A stretch of 64,000 nt of DNA, from the NCBI GenBank assembly GCA_045601525.1, contig JAZRZR010000005.1, forward strand, positions 339 to 64,338, written 5' to 3'. Below the pieces are notes generated by a model. The model worked only from the letters and a program-made list of their open reading frames with translations, was not told the origin of the DNA and ran no database searches. Of this stretch, positions 17,173-26,046 are shown piece by piece (the stretch's first letter is position 1; every line of letters starts with the position of its first letter). The stretch comes from Acutalibacteraceae bacterium (lineage in GTDB: Bacteria; Bacillota; Clostridia; Oscillospirales; Acutalibacteraceae). The translations under genes and the position numbers were made by a program.

Positions 17173-17673
17173 CTAACAAATAGTTACATCGTGAAATTCT
17201 ATGAGCATATTTCCTGTTTCAATCTTTATGGGAATACCCTTGTCGGTAAAATAAATGCGGTAAGGCTTATTATCGATACTGTCCTCGAAAATATTTTCCT
17301 CGCCGTTTTTCTCTATTTGTTTGCCACGAACCTCTCTAAAGGCCGCCGCCATACAATCAGTAATACCCACATAATAAGAATTTTGTGCGCTTGGTGTGTA
17401 GGTTACGCTGCCGAGGGTGGCTGTAACATTACCGTCATTGGTGTATGTAAGGATAAGACCGTTTAATATTTCGGGTTCTGTTACCTTGACAGTCATTGTT
17501 CCGTCGCCGCTAATTACGGTGGGGCATATATATTTTTCGTTAAAATAGGAAATATGGGCGTTAAAGCCTAAATTTTCGCAAATAGGTGTGATGGTACCCT
17601 TTTGACAACCCGATAAAAGCAATAAAAAAGCAAATGTAAGGCACAAAACTTTTTTCAAAAAATCACCCTTCAA
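17173..17673 (-). CDS. putative lipoprotein
   Basis: Signal peptide with a lipobox (FAFLLLLSGCQ). No recognisable catalytic motif. Confidence 0.65.
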   Translation of the reverse strand: MKGDFLKKVLCLTFAFLLLLSGCQKGTITPICENLGFNAHISYFNEKYICPTVISGDGTMTVKVTEPEILNGLILTYTNDGNVTATLGSVTYTPSAQNSYYVGITDCMAAAFREVRGKQIEKNGEENIFEDSIDNKPYRIYFTDKGIPIKIETGNMLIEFHDVTIC

Positions 17674-18514
17674 GCATTTTATATATGCAGGGCAACTCCT
17701 CTATTAAATCACTTGGTAGCATTGCCGTTTGTGAAAGCCGTTTTGCCGCCATATCCCCGGCTAGGCCGTGTATATAAACGGCATTTGATATTGCCTCAAA
17801 AACATTTTGGTTACGGGCAATAAGAGCGGCTATGATACCGGCTAAAGCATCGCCTGAACCACCCGTTGCCATACCGGGATTACCTGTGGTGTTTTTCAAA
17901 ATGTCGCCGTTTGGTGACACCACAAGGGTGTTATGGCCCTTAAGCACAAGATAAACGCCGTTTTGCTTGGCAAAAGTGAGCGCACAAGTTTCTCTGTTGG
18001 CATTTATCTTTTCAAGAGAAACACCCGTAAGGCGTGAGAATTCGGCGGGGTGGGGAGTAAGTATAATTGGAGTTTTCGCCTGCTTTAATATATCTATGCG
18101 GCCACTTAAAAGATTTATTCCGTCGGCATCTATAATTAAAGGGCAAGCGGCATTTTTAATTAAAAAAGAAAGGGCTCGTTTTGATAATCGAGCTTTGCCC
18201 ATACCACACCCAATAAGTATGGAATTGGTCCTTGCAATACCTTTTTTGAGGGTTTTCTTTAGGTTAAATGAATTAAAAGGCAAACAAACCGCTTCGGGTA
18301 AAGCGGTTGTAAGAATAGGATATATTTTTTTGTGAAGAGCTACACGGGCTATACCCACACCGCTTTTAAGACAAGCAGAGGTCGCAAGTATCGCCGCACC
18401 TGCCATACCGTAGCTTCCGCAAACCAAAAGTGCGGTGCCAAAGCTTCCCTTGTGGCTATCCTCCTCACGCTTTTGGAAATGTGGCTTTTGTATAGCTTGG
18501 ATTTCCTTAGTCAT
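17663..18514 (-). CDS. nnrD: ADP-dependent NAD(P)H-hydrate dehydratase (YjeF C-terminal type)
   Basis: HKGSFGTALLVCGSYGMAGAAILA, VLKGHNT and GGSGDALAGIIAAL motifs. The likely start is ATG 18514; the track starts at 18562. Confidence 0.85.
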   Translation of the reverse strand: MTKEIQAIQKPHFQKREEDSHKGSFGTALLVCGSYGMAGAAILATSACLKSGVGIARVALHKKIYPILTTALPEAVCLPFNSFNLKKTLKKGIARTNSILIGCGMGKARLSKRALSFLIKNAACPLIIDADGINLLSGRIDILKQAKTPIILTPHPAEFSRLTGVSLEKINANRETCALTFAKQNGVYLVLKGHNTLVVSPNGDILKNTTGNPGMATGGSGDALAGIIAALIARNQNVFEAISNAVYIHGLAGDMAAKRLSQTAMLPSDLIEELPCIYKMLEG

Positions 18515-19007
18515 TAAATAACTCCCTTTTAATTGTTCTCGGAGCGCACTCCTTAATTGCATTTATTGTCTTTTCGTTAGGGGAGAAGATAAGAACGAAT
18601 TTTTTGTTTTCGCCACCAACAAGATAATATGCATTTTCTTTATTTCCGCAAAAATATGTTTTGGCCGAGGGGCCCGCCTGCACTGCATTACCTGTAAATT
18701 TACCCGTGCGGACAATATCCTTACAGTCAAATGAGAGAATTCGGCGCCTTTCCCTTTTGCCGATGATTTTATCTATATCCACTGTGCCGTTCGTTACGAT
18801 ATATTCATATTCAACGCTAAACAATGGAAGTAGCTTTGCGGTGCCGTAGATTACACCTACTATGCCTAAAATTAAAATGGGAAACTGTCCCGAATAAATA
18901 AACAAAACAACCGAAACTATAACTGCCGCAATCAACAATGCTGCAATAGCAAGATAGGTTAAAAAGGTTTTCTTAATAGGTACGATTTGTTCGCAAAAAA
19001 TATCCAT
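18507..19007 (-). CDS. small membrane protein of unknown function
   Basis: Two N-terminal hydrophobic helices followed by a soluble domain containing EYEYIVTNGTVDIDKI. It overlaps the next gene by 8 nt. Confidence 0.55.
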   Translation of the reverse strand: MDIFCEQIVPIKKTFLTYLAIAALLIAAVIVSVVLFIYSGQFPILILGIVGVIYGTAKLLPLFSVEYEYIVTNGTVDIDKIIGKRERRRILSFDCKDIVRTGKFTGNAVQAGPSAKTYFCGNKENAYYLVGGENKKFVLIFSPNEKTINAIKECAPRTIKRELFND

Positions 19008-19118
19008 ATTTTATCTCCTTATAGCATTTTTATTTATTATAATGGCAGGCCGCTTAAAAGACGGCTTATCAAAATACTTAGATTAACTATAGTTATTATA
19101 CAACTTAAAACTCACCAC

Positions 19119-19147
19119 TTGCAATATCTTTTTTTATAATGTATAAT
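19119..19147 (+). promoter_or_regulatory. candidate promoter of the PqqD-like gene
   Basis: TTGCAA, 17-nt spacer, TATAAT, about 30 nt upstream of the RBS (GTGAGG) and the ATG at 19177. Confidence 0.5.
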
Positions 19148-19176
19148 TAAAACACCAAAATTAAGTGAGGTAAGTT

Positions 19177-19449
19177 ATGAAGATTAAAGAAAACTTTATT
19201 GTCAGAAATGTTGCGGGTGAGAATCTCGTTGTTCCGCTTGCAGGCTCAGGCGTAGATTTCAATTCGGTAATTACCCTTAACGAATCAGGCAAATTTTTAT
19301 GGGATATTTTAGAAAAAGGCAGCGATTATGCTTCCTTGCTTGGAGCATTGGTGGCCGAGTACGGCATTGATGAGGCTACAGCCAAGGCGGATATTGATAA
19401 GTTTATCGCATCGCTTAAAGAAAACAAAATTTTAGAAGAAGAAAAATAA
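19177..19449 (+). CDS. PqqD-family protein (stand-alone RiPP recognition element-like)
   Basis: 90 aa. The pattern IVRNVAGENLVVPL...VITLNESGKFLWDIL...LLGALVAEYGIDEATAKADIDKFIASLKENKIL matches small PqqD-family peptide chaperones. Confidence 0.75.
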   Translation: MKIKENFIVRNVAGENLVVPLAGSGVDFNSVITLNESGKFLWDILEKGSDYASLLGALVAEYGIDEATAKADIDKFIASLKENKILEEEK

Positions 19450-19461
19450 ACTCTAAGCGTA

Positions 19462-19500
19462 AGCCAAGTGTTATAAAAGACACTTGGCTATTTTTGTTTT
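19462..19500 (+). terminator. intrinsic terminator after the PqqD-like gene
   Basis: AGCCAAGTG-10 nt loop-CACTTGGCT followed by ATTTTTGTTTT. Confidence 0.75.
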
Positions 19501-19567
19501 ATAATCGCAACTCTAATCCTTGCACTTTTTCATTTTTGGGATTATACTTTAATCGGAGTTGGTTTGT

Positions 19568-21109
19568 ATGAATGGCTATGCCTATTATGAATACTTGAAA
19601 GTTGGCGGCGAAAGGCTTTTTACAGTTATTGCCCTGCCGAAAAAAGAGGGCAAATTCCCAACAGTTGTTTGCCGTTCGCCGTATGTTAAAAGTACCGTTA
19701 TGAAAAGCGAAGAGGAACTTGCTCAAAATCATCTTGAGTCCTCTGCGGCTTGGCTTCGACGAGGATATGCTGTTGTCTTTCAACATTGTAAAGGACAGGG
19801 CAAAAGTAGTGGCGAGTTTGTGCCCTATGTTCACGAGCGTGAAGATGGGCTTGGGCTTCGTGCATGGATAAGGGAGCAAGCCTTTTATAATGGTGAAATT
19901 TTTTTAACGGGCGGCAGTTATACAGCTTCGCTCCACTATGCAACCGCCCCCTTTGAAGAGGATATTTTAGGTGCTGCTTTTGAGGTGCAGGATAGTGAGC
20001 GCTATCGACTTTGGTATCGAAACGGTCAAATGCGCAAAGGACATGCAAATTGGCATTTTGATTTGTATAAGGCTAATTGCTCGCTTTCTAAAAACTTTAA
20101 TATACACTCTTTTGCCCGTCTTCCCTTGAGTGATTTGTCCGAGTGTGTTTTAGGGGATAGAGCAGAGGACTTTGAGCAAATGTTAAAGGCCCCAAATCCC
20201 ACCGATGATTTTTGGAGCACTCGGTTTGGCGGTGTTGACACAAAAGGCGCCACCGATAATGCCAATATCCCCATTTTGTTAACCACGGGATATAATGATT
20301 TTTATGTGGGCGGCGTATTCAACATGTGGAATTCTATGAGTGAAGAAACCCGAAAAAAATGTGCCCTTTTAGTTTCCCCATACGACCATGGCGATGGTTA
20401 CAATAAAGATAGGGGACTGTATTTTGAAAATGGGAAACGAGCCGAACAATTTGGCTCTTGTTACCAAATAGATTGGTTTGATAATATAAGAAAGGGGAGC
20501 CCCACACCCATTAAAAAAGGCGTGATAACATACTATCGAGCCTTTGAAAATAAATGGCAGGAAGATTTTTATGCAGTTCCTACAAAGGAACTTTCATTGT
20601 CTTTGGGCGAGGGTGAAGCCGAGTTTATCTATGAGCCTAAAAAGCCTACTTCATTTTGCGGCGAGGGAGTTTTTGCAAGCGAGGAAAATGACGCCGAAAG
20701 TTTAATAAGTATATCCACAAAGCCACAGCAAAGGGATATATTTATAAAAGGGCAAATGCGTGCACGCTTGGCTGTATCATCGAACTGTGAGGACACAAGC
20801 TTTTATATTAGAATAAGCATTAAAAACAAAGATCACACTTATGTTTTGCGCCACGATATAACATCACTTTGTTATCAGTTGGGAGCCTATAAGGCAAACG
20901 AAATAGTATATTTAGATTTTTGCTTTGATGAGCACGCTTTTTTGCTTAAAGAGGGTGAGTGCTTGCAAATTGATATCGCTTCCACCGATAATAACACATA
21001 CGTTTCTCATACCAATAACAAAGGTCCTTACCATCTGCAAACCACTACAAAAACCGCAAAAAATAAGGTGTATTTGGATAAATCACAACTGATTTTACCT
21101 ATAGAATAA
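19568..21109 (+). CDS. CocE/NonD-family (S15 X-Pro dipeptidyl-peptidase-like) alpha/beta hydrolase
   Basis: CRSPYVKS, RRGYAVVFQHCKGQGKSSGEF and the nucleophile-elbow-like LTGGSYTAS. ATG 19568 follows GGAG; the track starts at TTG 19559. Confidence 0.75.
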   Translation: MNGYAYYEYLKVGGERLFTVIALPKKEGKFPTVVCRSPYVKSTVMKSEEELAQNHLESSAAWLRRGYAVVFQHCKGQGKSSGEFVPYVHEREDGLGLRAWIREQAFYNGEIFLTGGSYTASLHYATAPFEEDILGAAFEVQDSERYRLWYRNGQMRKGHANWHFDLYKANCSLSKNFNIHSFARLPLSDLSECVLGDRAEDFEQMLKAPNPTDDFWSTRFGGVDTKGATDNANIPILLTTGYNDFYVGGVFNMWNSMSEETRKKCALLVSPYDHGDGYNKDRGLYFENGKRAEQFGSCYQIDWFDNIRKGSPTPIKKGVITYYRAFENKWQEDFYAVPTKELSLSLGEGEAEFIYEPKKPTSFCGEGVFASEENDAESLISISTKPQQRDIFIKGQMRARLAVSSNCEDTSFYIRISIKNKDHTYVLRHDITSLCYQLGAYKANEIVYLDFCFDEHAFLLKEGECLQIDIASTDNNTYVSHTNNKGPYHLQTTTKTAKNKVYLDKSQLILPIE

Positions 21110-21112
21110 AGC

Positions 21113-21146
21113 AAAAAGCCTTGAATTTACGAGGCTTTTTTGTTTT
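21113..21146 (+). terminator. intrinsic terminator
   Basis: AAAAAGCCT-10 nt loop-AGGCTTTTTT followed by GTTTT. Confidence 0.7.
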
Positions 21147-21152
21147 AGTTGC

Positions 21153-21181
21153 TTGACAAAACATATACTTCGTGATATGAT
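21153..21181 (+). promoter_or_regulatory. candidate promoter of the PadR operon
   Basis: TTGACA, 17-nt spacer, TATGAT, about 25 nt before the GGGAGG RBS of the gene at 21206. Confidence 0.55.
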
Positions 21182-21205
21182 GTATTATGCAAAGGGAGGT
21201 ATAGT

Positions 21206-21526
21206 ATGGATGTTCAGTTAAAACGGGGGCTATTGGACGTGTGCGTGTTAGCGGCAATCAAAAATGAAGATTCCTACGGGTATAAAATTATCAAGGATAT
21301 GAAGCCGTATATTGAATTATCCGAGTCCACGCTATATACAATTCTTAAAAGATTAGAGAGCGCCAATATGTTAACTGTGAGAACTGCAGAGCACGATGGC
21401 AGACTTCGTAAATACTATCATATTACGGCTTTGGGTTTAGAAAAAATCGAAAACTTTAAGTGTGAGTGGAAAGAAATTATGTCAATATATAAATTTGTTA
21501 CCAAGGGAGATGAAGCAGATGAATAA
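21206..21526 (+). CDS. PadR-family transcriptional regulator
   Basis: LLDVCVLAAIKNEDSYGYKIIKDM...STLYTILKRLE...RKYYHIT is the typical PadR wHTH. Confidence 0.9.
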   Translation: MDVQLKRGLLDVCVLAAIKNEDSYGYKIIKDMKPYIELSESTLYTILKRLESANMLTVRTAEHDGRLRKYYHITALGLEKIENFKCEWKEIMSIYKFVTKGDEADE

Positions 21527-22079
21527 AACTGATTTTTTCTGGAAATTGTCGGGTAGGCTCAGCGGTTTGCCTGCCGAGGAGATTGAAAAGCGTTTAGAAT
21601 TTTTTGAAGAAATGATAAACGATTATATGGAAGACGGCATGACCGAGGAGGAAGCCATAGCAAAGTTAGGTAATCCCGAAGAAATCGCCAATCAAATCAT
21701 AGCCGATATTCCGCTTGGCACCTTGGTTAAAGAAAAAATAAAGAGGCATAAAAGGATGTCAGTAGGACAAATTGTGTTATTGGCAGTAGGCTCTCCGATA
21801 TGGGCTTCGTTGCTTATTTCGGTTCTTTGTGTAGTCTTTTCGGTTTTGGCTTCGCTTTGGGCGGCTTTTGTTTCCTTTGCCGCTTGTGGCTTTGCAGGGG
21901 TAATAATGAGCGTGGTGTTTATGCTACTTGGTAATATACCCTCAGGTATTGTAATACTTGGCGGAGGATTGGCTTGTGGCGGCCTTGCAATACTTTTCTT
22001 TTTCCTTTGCTACTTTGCAACAAAGGGAACAATACGCCTTATTAAAAAAGCTTTATTAAGGGGGAACGACGATGAGTAA
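21519..22079 (+). CDS. DUF1700-like membrane protein (PadR-associated)
   Basis: The N-terminal helical domain (LSGLPAEEIEKRLEFFEEMINDYMEDGMTEEEAIAKLGNPEEIA) is followed by TM helices. ATG 21519 overlaps the PadR stop by 8 nt; the track starts at 21462. Confidence 0.75.
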   Translation: MNKTDFFWKLSGRLSGLPAEEIEKRLEFFEEMINDYMEDGMTEEEAIAKLGNPEEIANQIIADIPLGTLVKEKIKRHKRMSVGQIVLLAVGSPIWASLLISVLCVVFSVLASLWAAFVSFAACGFAGVIMSVVFMLLGNIPSGIVILGGGLACGGLAILFFFLCYFATKGTIRLIKKALLRGNDDE

Positions 22080-22965
22080 GAGAGTTAAATGGCTTGTTAT
22101 CGGGGTTTTACTTTTGATTATAGGTGGCATCTTGTTTGCCGTCGGTATGGCGGCGGTAAATTGGAACTTTTTAAGCCTTGATACAAATAAATATCAAACC
22201 AATACCTATGATATTGCAGAAGAGTTTGGCAGTCTTTCAATAATAAACGATACTACCGATATAGTTTTCAAAAAGGGTGAAGCAAGGGTTGTTTGTTTTG
22301 AGAATGAAAACATAAGGCACAGCGTTTCGGTTAATAACGGAGTGCTCGAAATAAGAGCGAATGATAATAGAAAATGGTATAATTATATAGGCTTTAATTT
22401 TAACAACCCCAAGATTACAATTTATTTGCCGAGCAATCAATACGATGCTCTTAAAATAGAGGGTGATACGGGAGATGTTAATCTAAGCGATATCAGTTTT
22501 AACGATATACAAATTGCCCTTCATACGGGAGATATAAGACTTTCAAATCTAAATAGTAACAATATAAGCCTTAAAACCACAACAGGCAAAATGGAGTTGT
22601 CTAATATCGATTGCCAAGGCTTGTTATCAACCACCGTAAGTACAGGGGATAACGAGCTTAAAAACATCAAGTGCAATAGCTTTGCAAGTAACGGCAGTAC
22701 AGGCGATTTGGATATAGAAAACCTAATTGCCGATGAGAAAATATCTATCGAACGGGATACGGGCGATATCGAGTTTGAAGGCTTGGATGCCAACGAAATC
22801 TATATAAAAACCGATACGGGCGATGTTGAGGGTGAAATACGAAGCGAAAAGGTGTTTATCATAAACACCGATACGGGAAGGGTTAATGTACCTAAAACAA
22901 TCACTGGAGGCAAATGTGAAATCACCACCGATACGGGTGATATTGAAATAGAAATAGAAAAATAA
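22072..22965 (+). CDS. DUF4097-like repeat protein (putative membrane-anchored beta-helix/adhesin-like)
   Basis: An N-terminal TM helix is followed by about nine repeats of the type (D/T)TGD(I/V)x(L/I/F)xx(I/L). It overlaps the upstream gene by 8 nt (ATGAGTAA). Confidence 0.7.
   Translation: MSKRVKWLVIGVLLLIIGGILFAVGMAAVNWNFLSLDTNKYQTNTYDIAEEFGSLSIINDTTDIVFKKGEARVVCFENENIRHSVSVNNGVLEIRANDNRKWYNYIGFNFNNPKITIYLPSNQYDALKIEGDTGDVNLSDISFNDIQIALHTGDIRLSNLNSNNISLKTTTGKMELSNIDCQGLLSTTVSTGDNELKNIKCNSFASNGSTGDLDIENLIADEKISIERDTGDIEFEGLDANEIYIKTDTGDVEGEIRSEKVFIINTDTGRVNVPKTITGGKCEITTDTGDIEIEIEK
22440..22950 (+). repeat. in-frame coding repeats inside the DUF4097-like gene
   Basis: Recurrent ACCGATACGGG(C/T/A)GAT-type units (for example at 22753, 22811, 22867 and 22927) encode the TGD repeats. 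Confidence 0.7.
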
Positions 22966-23012
22966 AATTTGGCGGTCATCAGGGCAATTGATGGCCGCCA
23001 AAAAACATATTA

Positions 23013-23041
23013 TTGAATAAAAAAATGTAATGTGCTATAAT
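23013..23041 (+). promoter_or_regulatory. candidate promoter of the GT4 gene
   Basis: TTGAAT, 17-nt spacer, extended -10 TGcTATAAT. Confidence 0.5.
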
Positions 23042-23079
23042 TAGAAACATAAGAAACAATAGAAATAAGCGGTGAACTG

Positions 23080-24219
23080 ATGAAAAAACAAATATATATC
23101 ACAGCATTGCATTTGGAATTTGGCGGCGTTGAAAGGGCAATTGCTCTTATGAGTAATGCGTTTGTAAAGCGTGGCTATGGGGTTACGGTTTTGTCCCTTT
23201 ATAACTTGGGCGAGCCGGCATATATCTTTTCAGATGAGGTTAAAGTAGAGTATTTAACCTCGGTTAAACCCAATAGAGAAGAGTTTAAGGCGGCAATAAA
23301 AAGCAAAAACCCGATTAAGATATTAAAAGAGGGTATGTATGCTCTAAAGGTCTTGCGGCTTAAGAAAACGGCAATGGCTAAACGCCTAAGGCAAATAGAT
23401 GACGGCATAATTATTTCCACCCGTAATGAGCATTCGGTTTTGCTCTCGAAATACGGCAAGAAAAATGTGCTTAAAATCGCTCAGCTTCATCACGACCATT
23501 GCTTTAATAAAAAATTGCTTTTCGATTTCAAAAATAGGTATGATAATATAGACTATTTTGCCTTGCTTACCGACCAACTCACCGATGAGGTTAGCAAGAT
23601 AATGGAAAAAACAAATAAGCATACCAAGTGTCTTACGATTGAAAACTTTTTGGCCACTAATGATGAAGATATAGATTTTGGCAAGAAGGAAAAAACGGTT
23701 GTTGCAGTTGGTAGGCTTCACCAAGTAAAAGGCTTTGATCGGCTTCTTGAAATTTGGGCCAAAACTGTAAAGAAGGCTCCTGATTGGAAATTATACATAG
23801 TGGGTGAGGGCGACCAAAGGGATACACTAACCGAAAAAATCAAGATGTTAGGAATTGAAAATCAGGTTGTTTTAACAGGCGAGTTGCCATATAATGAGGT
23901 TTTACAGGCAATGAGAAAGGCATCAGTCTATGCGATGACTTCGTTTAGCGAGGGCTTTGGCTTTGTTATAATTGAGGCTTTTTCTTGCGGAACTCCGGCT
24001 GTTGCTTTTGATGTAAGGGTAGGCCCCAGAGCAATTATTGAGGACAAGAAAAACGGACTTCTTATAGAAGACGGAGATTTCGAGGAATTTAACAAAGCAC
24101 TTTGCTCCTTGCTTATTGATGAGCAATTAAGGCTTCAATACGCAAAGGCGGCAGTAATGCGCGCGGCAGATTTCACCGAAGAAAACATTGTGGATAAATG
24201 GGTATCGATATTTAATTAG
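23080..24219 (+). CDS. family 4 (GT-B, retaining) glycosyltransferase
   Basis: N-terminal GGVERAI and the C-terminal EX7E region SFSEGFGFVIIEAFSCGTPAVAFD. 379 aa. Confidence 0.85.
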   Translation: MKKQIYITALHLEFGGVERAIALMSNAFVKRGYGVTVLSLYNLGEPAYIFSDEVKVEYLTSVKPNREEFKAAIKSKNPIKILKEGMYALKVLRLKKTAMAKRLRQIDDGIIISTRNEHSVLLSKYGKKNVLKIAQLHHDHCFNKKLLFDFKNRYDNIDYFALLTDQLTDEVSKIMEKTNKHTKCLTIENFLATNDEDIDFGKKEKTVVAVGRLHQVKGFDRLLEIWAKTVKKAPDWKLYIVGEGDQRDTLTEKIKMLGIENQVVLTGELPYNEVLQAMRKASVYAMTSFSEGFGFVIIEAFSCGTPAVAFDVRVGPRAIIEDKKNGLLIEDGDFEEFNKALCSLLIDEQLRLQYAKAAVMRAADFTEENIVDKWVSIFN

Positions 24220-24252
24220 TAAAATGGCTAATTTTATGTACGGGGGATATTT

Positions 24253-25026
24253 ATGAGGGAGTTTTTTGGCTTCGGCGGTTATGACCGCATTCCCGAGGGC
24301 GCTTGGTCTTGGCAGCATTTAACCTTTGTGGGCGGTCTATTGCTTGCAATGGTGATATTTGCAATAGTATTGGGCAAGAAAAACGCCGAAAAGAGCCTAG
24401 CGGATAAAAACAAGGTTTTGATTTGGTCGGCCTTGTTAATTGACGGTTTTGAAATATTCAAAATCGTTTCCTTTTGTTTAAGAGAGCAAAGTCTTGAGCC
24501 TATAAAACGCACACTTCCCTTGTTTTTGTGCAGTATTCTTTTAATTGCTTTGCCCTTGGCGGCCTTTTCAAAGGGGAGAGTTAAGGAGGCCGCAATAGAT
24601 TTTGTTTGTGTTTTCGGTATTTTGGCGGCAGTTTTCGGCACAATAGCTGCAGTACAAAACTATAACGCCTATCCTGTATTGAGCCTTGATAATGTTGTGT
24701 CGGGCATAACCCACTCAATTTCGGGCTTTGCTTCACTTTATGTTATGCTTGCCCGTATGGCAACCCTTAAAAAGAAAAATATAGGTATTACATACGGCAT
24801 TTTACTTTTTTTCTGTGTTGCGGCCTATGTGGCAAATGTTTTAATACCGTATAACTATATGTTTTTAATGAACCACGATGGCACACCCTATAGCATTTTT
24901 TATAACCTTGTGAACGGTAATAGGGTTTTGTATCCGCTAATCGTTGTGGGACTTTTCTTAGTGTATGCTGCGCTTTTCTATTGGATTTTCTCTCTTGCAA
25001 AAAAGAAAAATAAGTTAAATGATTAA
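24253..25026 (+). CDS. polytopic membrane protein, paralogue 1 (YwaF/TMEM164-like by pattern)
   Basis: About 7 hydrophobic helices. Motifs shared with the genes at 25118 and 27403: early WxxxH, EIFK, LPLFLCS, mid-protein H (GITHSISG) and NYMFL. Confidence 0.55.
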   Translation: MREFFGFGGYDRIPEGAWSWQHLTFVGGLLLAMVIFAIVLGKKNAEKSLADKNKVLIWSALLIDGFEIFKIVSFCLREQSLEPIKRTLPLFLCSILLIALPLAAFSKGRVKEAAIDFVCVFGILAAVFGTIAAVQNYNAYPVLSLDNVVSGITHSISGFASLYVMLARMATLKKKNIGITYGILLFFCVAAYVANVLIPYNYMFLMNHDGTPYSIFYNLVNGNRVLYPLIVVGLFLVYAALFYWIFSLAKKKNKLND

Positions 25027-25117
25027 ATGGAGCGCACGAGAGTGTGCAAAAGCGACTTGAAAAATTTGTCTTTTCGTGGTACATTTTAATAAAGAACATT
25101 ACAAAAGGGGAATTACT

Positions 25118-25942
25118 ATGTTGGAATTCTTAGCAACACAGTTTAAGCAGACACCCTCGCAAAATTTATTCACTGCATTTGGGCTGGCACATATAATTTA
25201 TATGTGTATAATAGCCGTTTTGGTCTTTTTTGCGGCCTATTTACTTGATAAAAAAACAAGAGCTGATAAACAAAGGGCTGTAAAAATCTTGGCAAATGCT
25301 GCTTTTACGGTATATGTTCTTGACCTTGCCGCATCCTTGATTTTTTATAAAACCGACATAAATTTACATAAACTGCCCTTTAGTATTTGCGCCTTGTTTG
25401 CAGTGCTTATACCATTGGTGCAGTTCAGCCTATCCTTTAGATTTATGAAAAAGGTGGTTATAAACCTTTCGGTTGTAGTATCATTTTTATGGTTTGTCTT
25501 TCCCGTAAATCTTGTTGGCAGCGAAAAAGCCTTTTCGTATGCTGCTATACAAGCTTTTCTATATCACGGTATAATCTTTGCTTGGGGCTTGTTAAATCTT
25601 GTGCTGGGTGAGGTCGGTATAAGCATACGAAAGATATGGAAAGACCTTTTGGGCGTTATATTCGTTGTTTTTTGGCTTAATATAGGCGGCCTGCTTTTCG
25701 GCGGCGTGGTACAGCTACTTAATAAAGACAATATCCGTCTTGCAAGATATAGCGAGGGTATTTCCTTTCTTATTTTCTTTGTTATTTTTGCCGCTTGCCT
25801 TGTGCTTTACGCTGTTTTTTACATCGTTCGTAGGCTTACTAGGAATAAACGCCACAAAAACGGGCATCGCAGAAGAGTTATGCAACAGCATATACCCATA
25901 AACTCGGCTAAGGATATAAGCCTTAAACGAGAGGACCTATAA
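25118..25942 (+). CDS. polytopic membrane protein, paralogue 2 (more divergent), with a basic C-terminal tail
   Basis: ATG 25118 follows AAGGGG; the track starts at 25076. It carries FGLAHI, LPFSICAL and FLYHGIIFAWG motifs and ends in RRLTRNKRHKNGHRRR. Confidence 0.5.
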   Translation: MLEFLATQFKQTPSQNLFTAFGLAHIIYMCIIAVLVFFAAYLLDKKTRADKQRAVKILANAAFTVYVLDLAASLIFYKTDINLHKLPFSICALFAVLIPLVQFSLSFRFMKKVVINLSVVVSFLWFVFPVNLVGSEKAFSYAAIQAFLYHGIIFAWGLLNLVLGEVGISIRKIWKDLLGVIFVVFWLNIGGLLFGGVVQLLNKDNIRLARYSEGISFLIFFVIFAACLVLYAVFYIVRRLTRNKRHKNGHRRRVMQQHIPINSAKDISLKREDL

Positions 25943-25960
25943 AACGATTTTTCTTTAATT

Positions 25961-25996
25961 AGGACTGTTTTTTAACAAAAACAGTCCTTGTTTATT
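25961..25996 (+). terminator. terminator-like hairpin
   Basis: AGGACTGTTTTT-TAAC-AAAAACAGTCCT followed by TGTTTATT, a weak U-tract. Confidence 0.55.
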
Positions 25997-26046
25997 ATAA
26001 AAACCTTGTTATAATATGAGTGTAGTTATGATAGTGGGTGACCGTT

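Noticed and set aside
22440-22950. Periodic ACCGATACGGGNGAT-type repeats that could superficially look like a CRISPR or other tandem array.
   Set aside because: The units are in-frame, imperfect and irregularly spaced inside a continuous 297-aa ORF. They encode the TGD beta-strand repeats of a DUF4097-like protein. There are no unique spacers and no cas genes.
22968-23002. Hairpin TTTGGCGGTCATC...GATGGCCGCCAAA after the DUF4097-like gene, considered as its terminator.
   Set aside because: On the plus strand it is followed by an A-run, not a U-tract. The U-tract orientation fits the minus strand, where no gene converges. It may still pause or terminate transcription, but I cannot call it a canonical terminator.
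24189-24197. Perfect DnaA-box 9-mer TGTGGATAA.
   Set aside because: It is a single copy inside the GT4 coding sequence. About one such match is expected by chance in a window of this size, and there is no cluster or AT-rich unwinding element.
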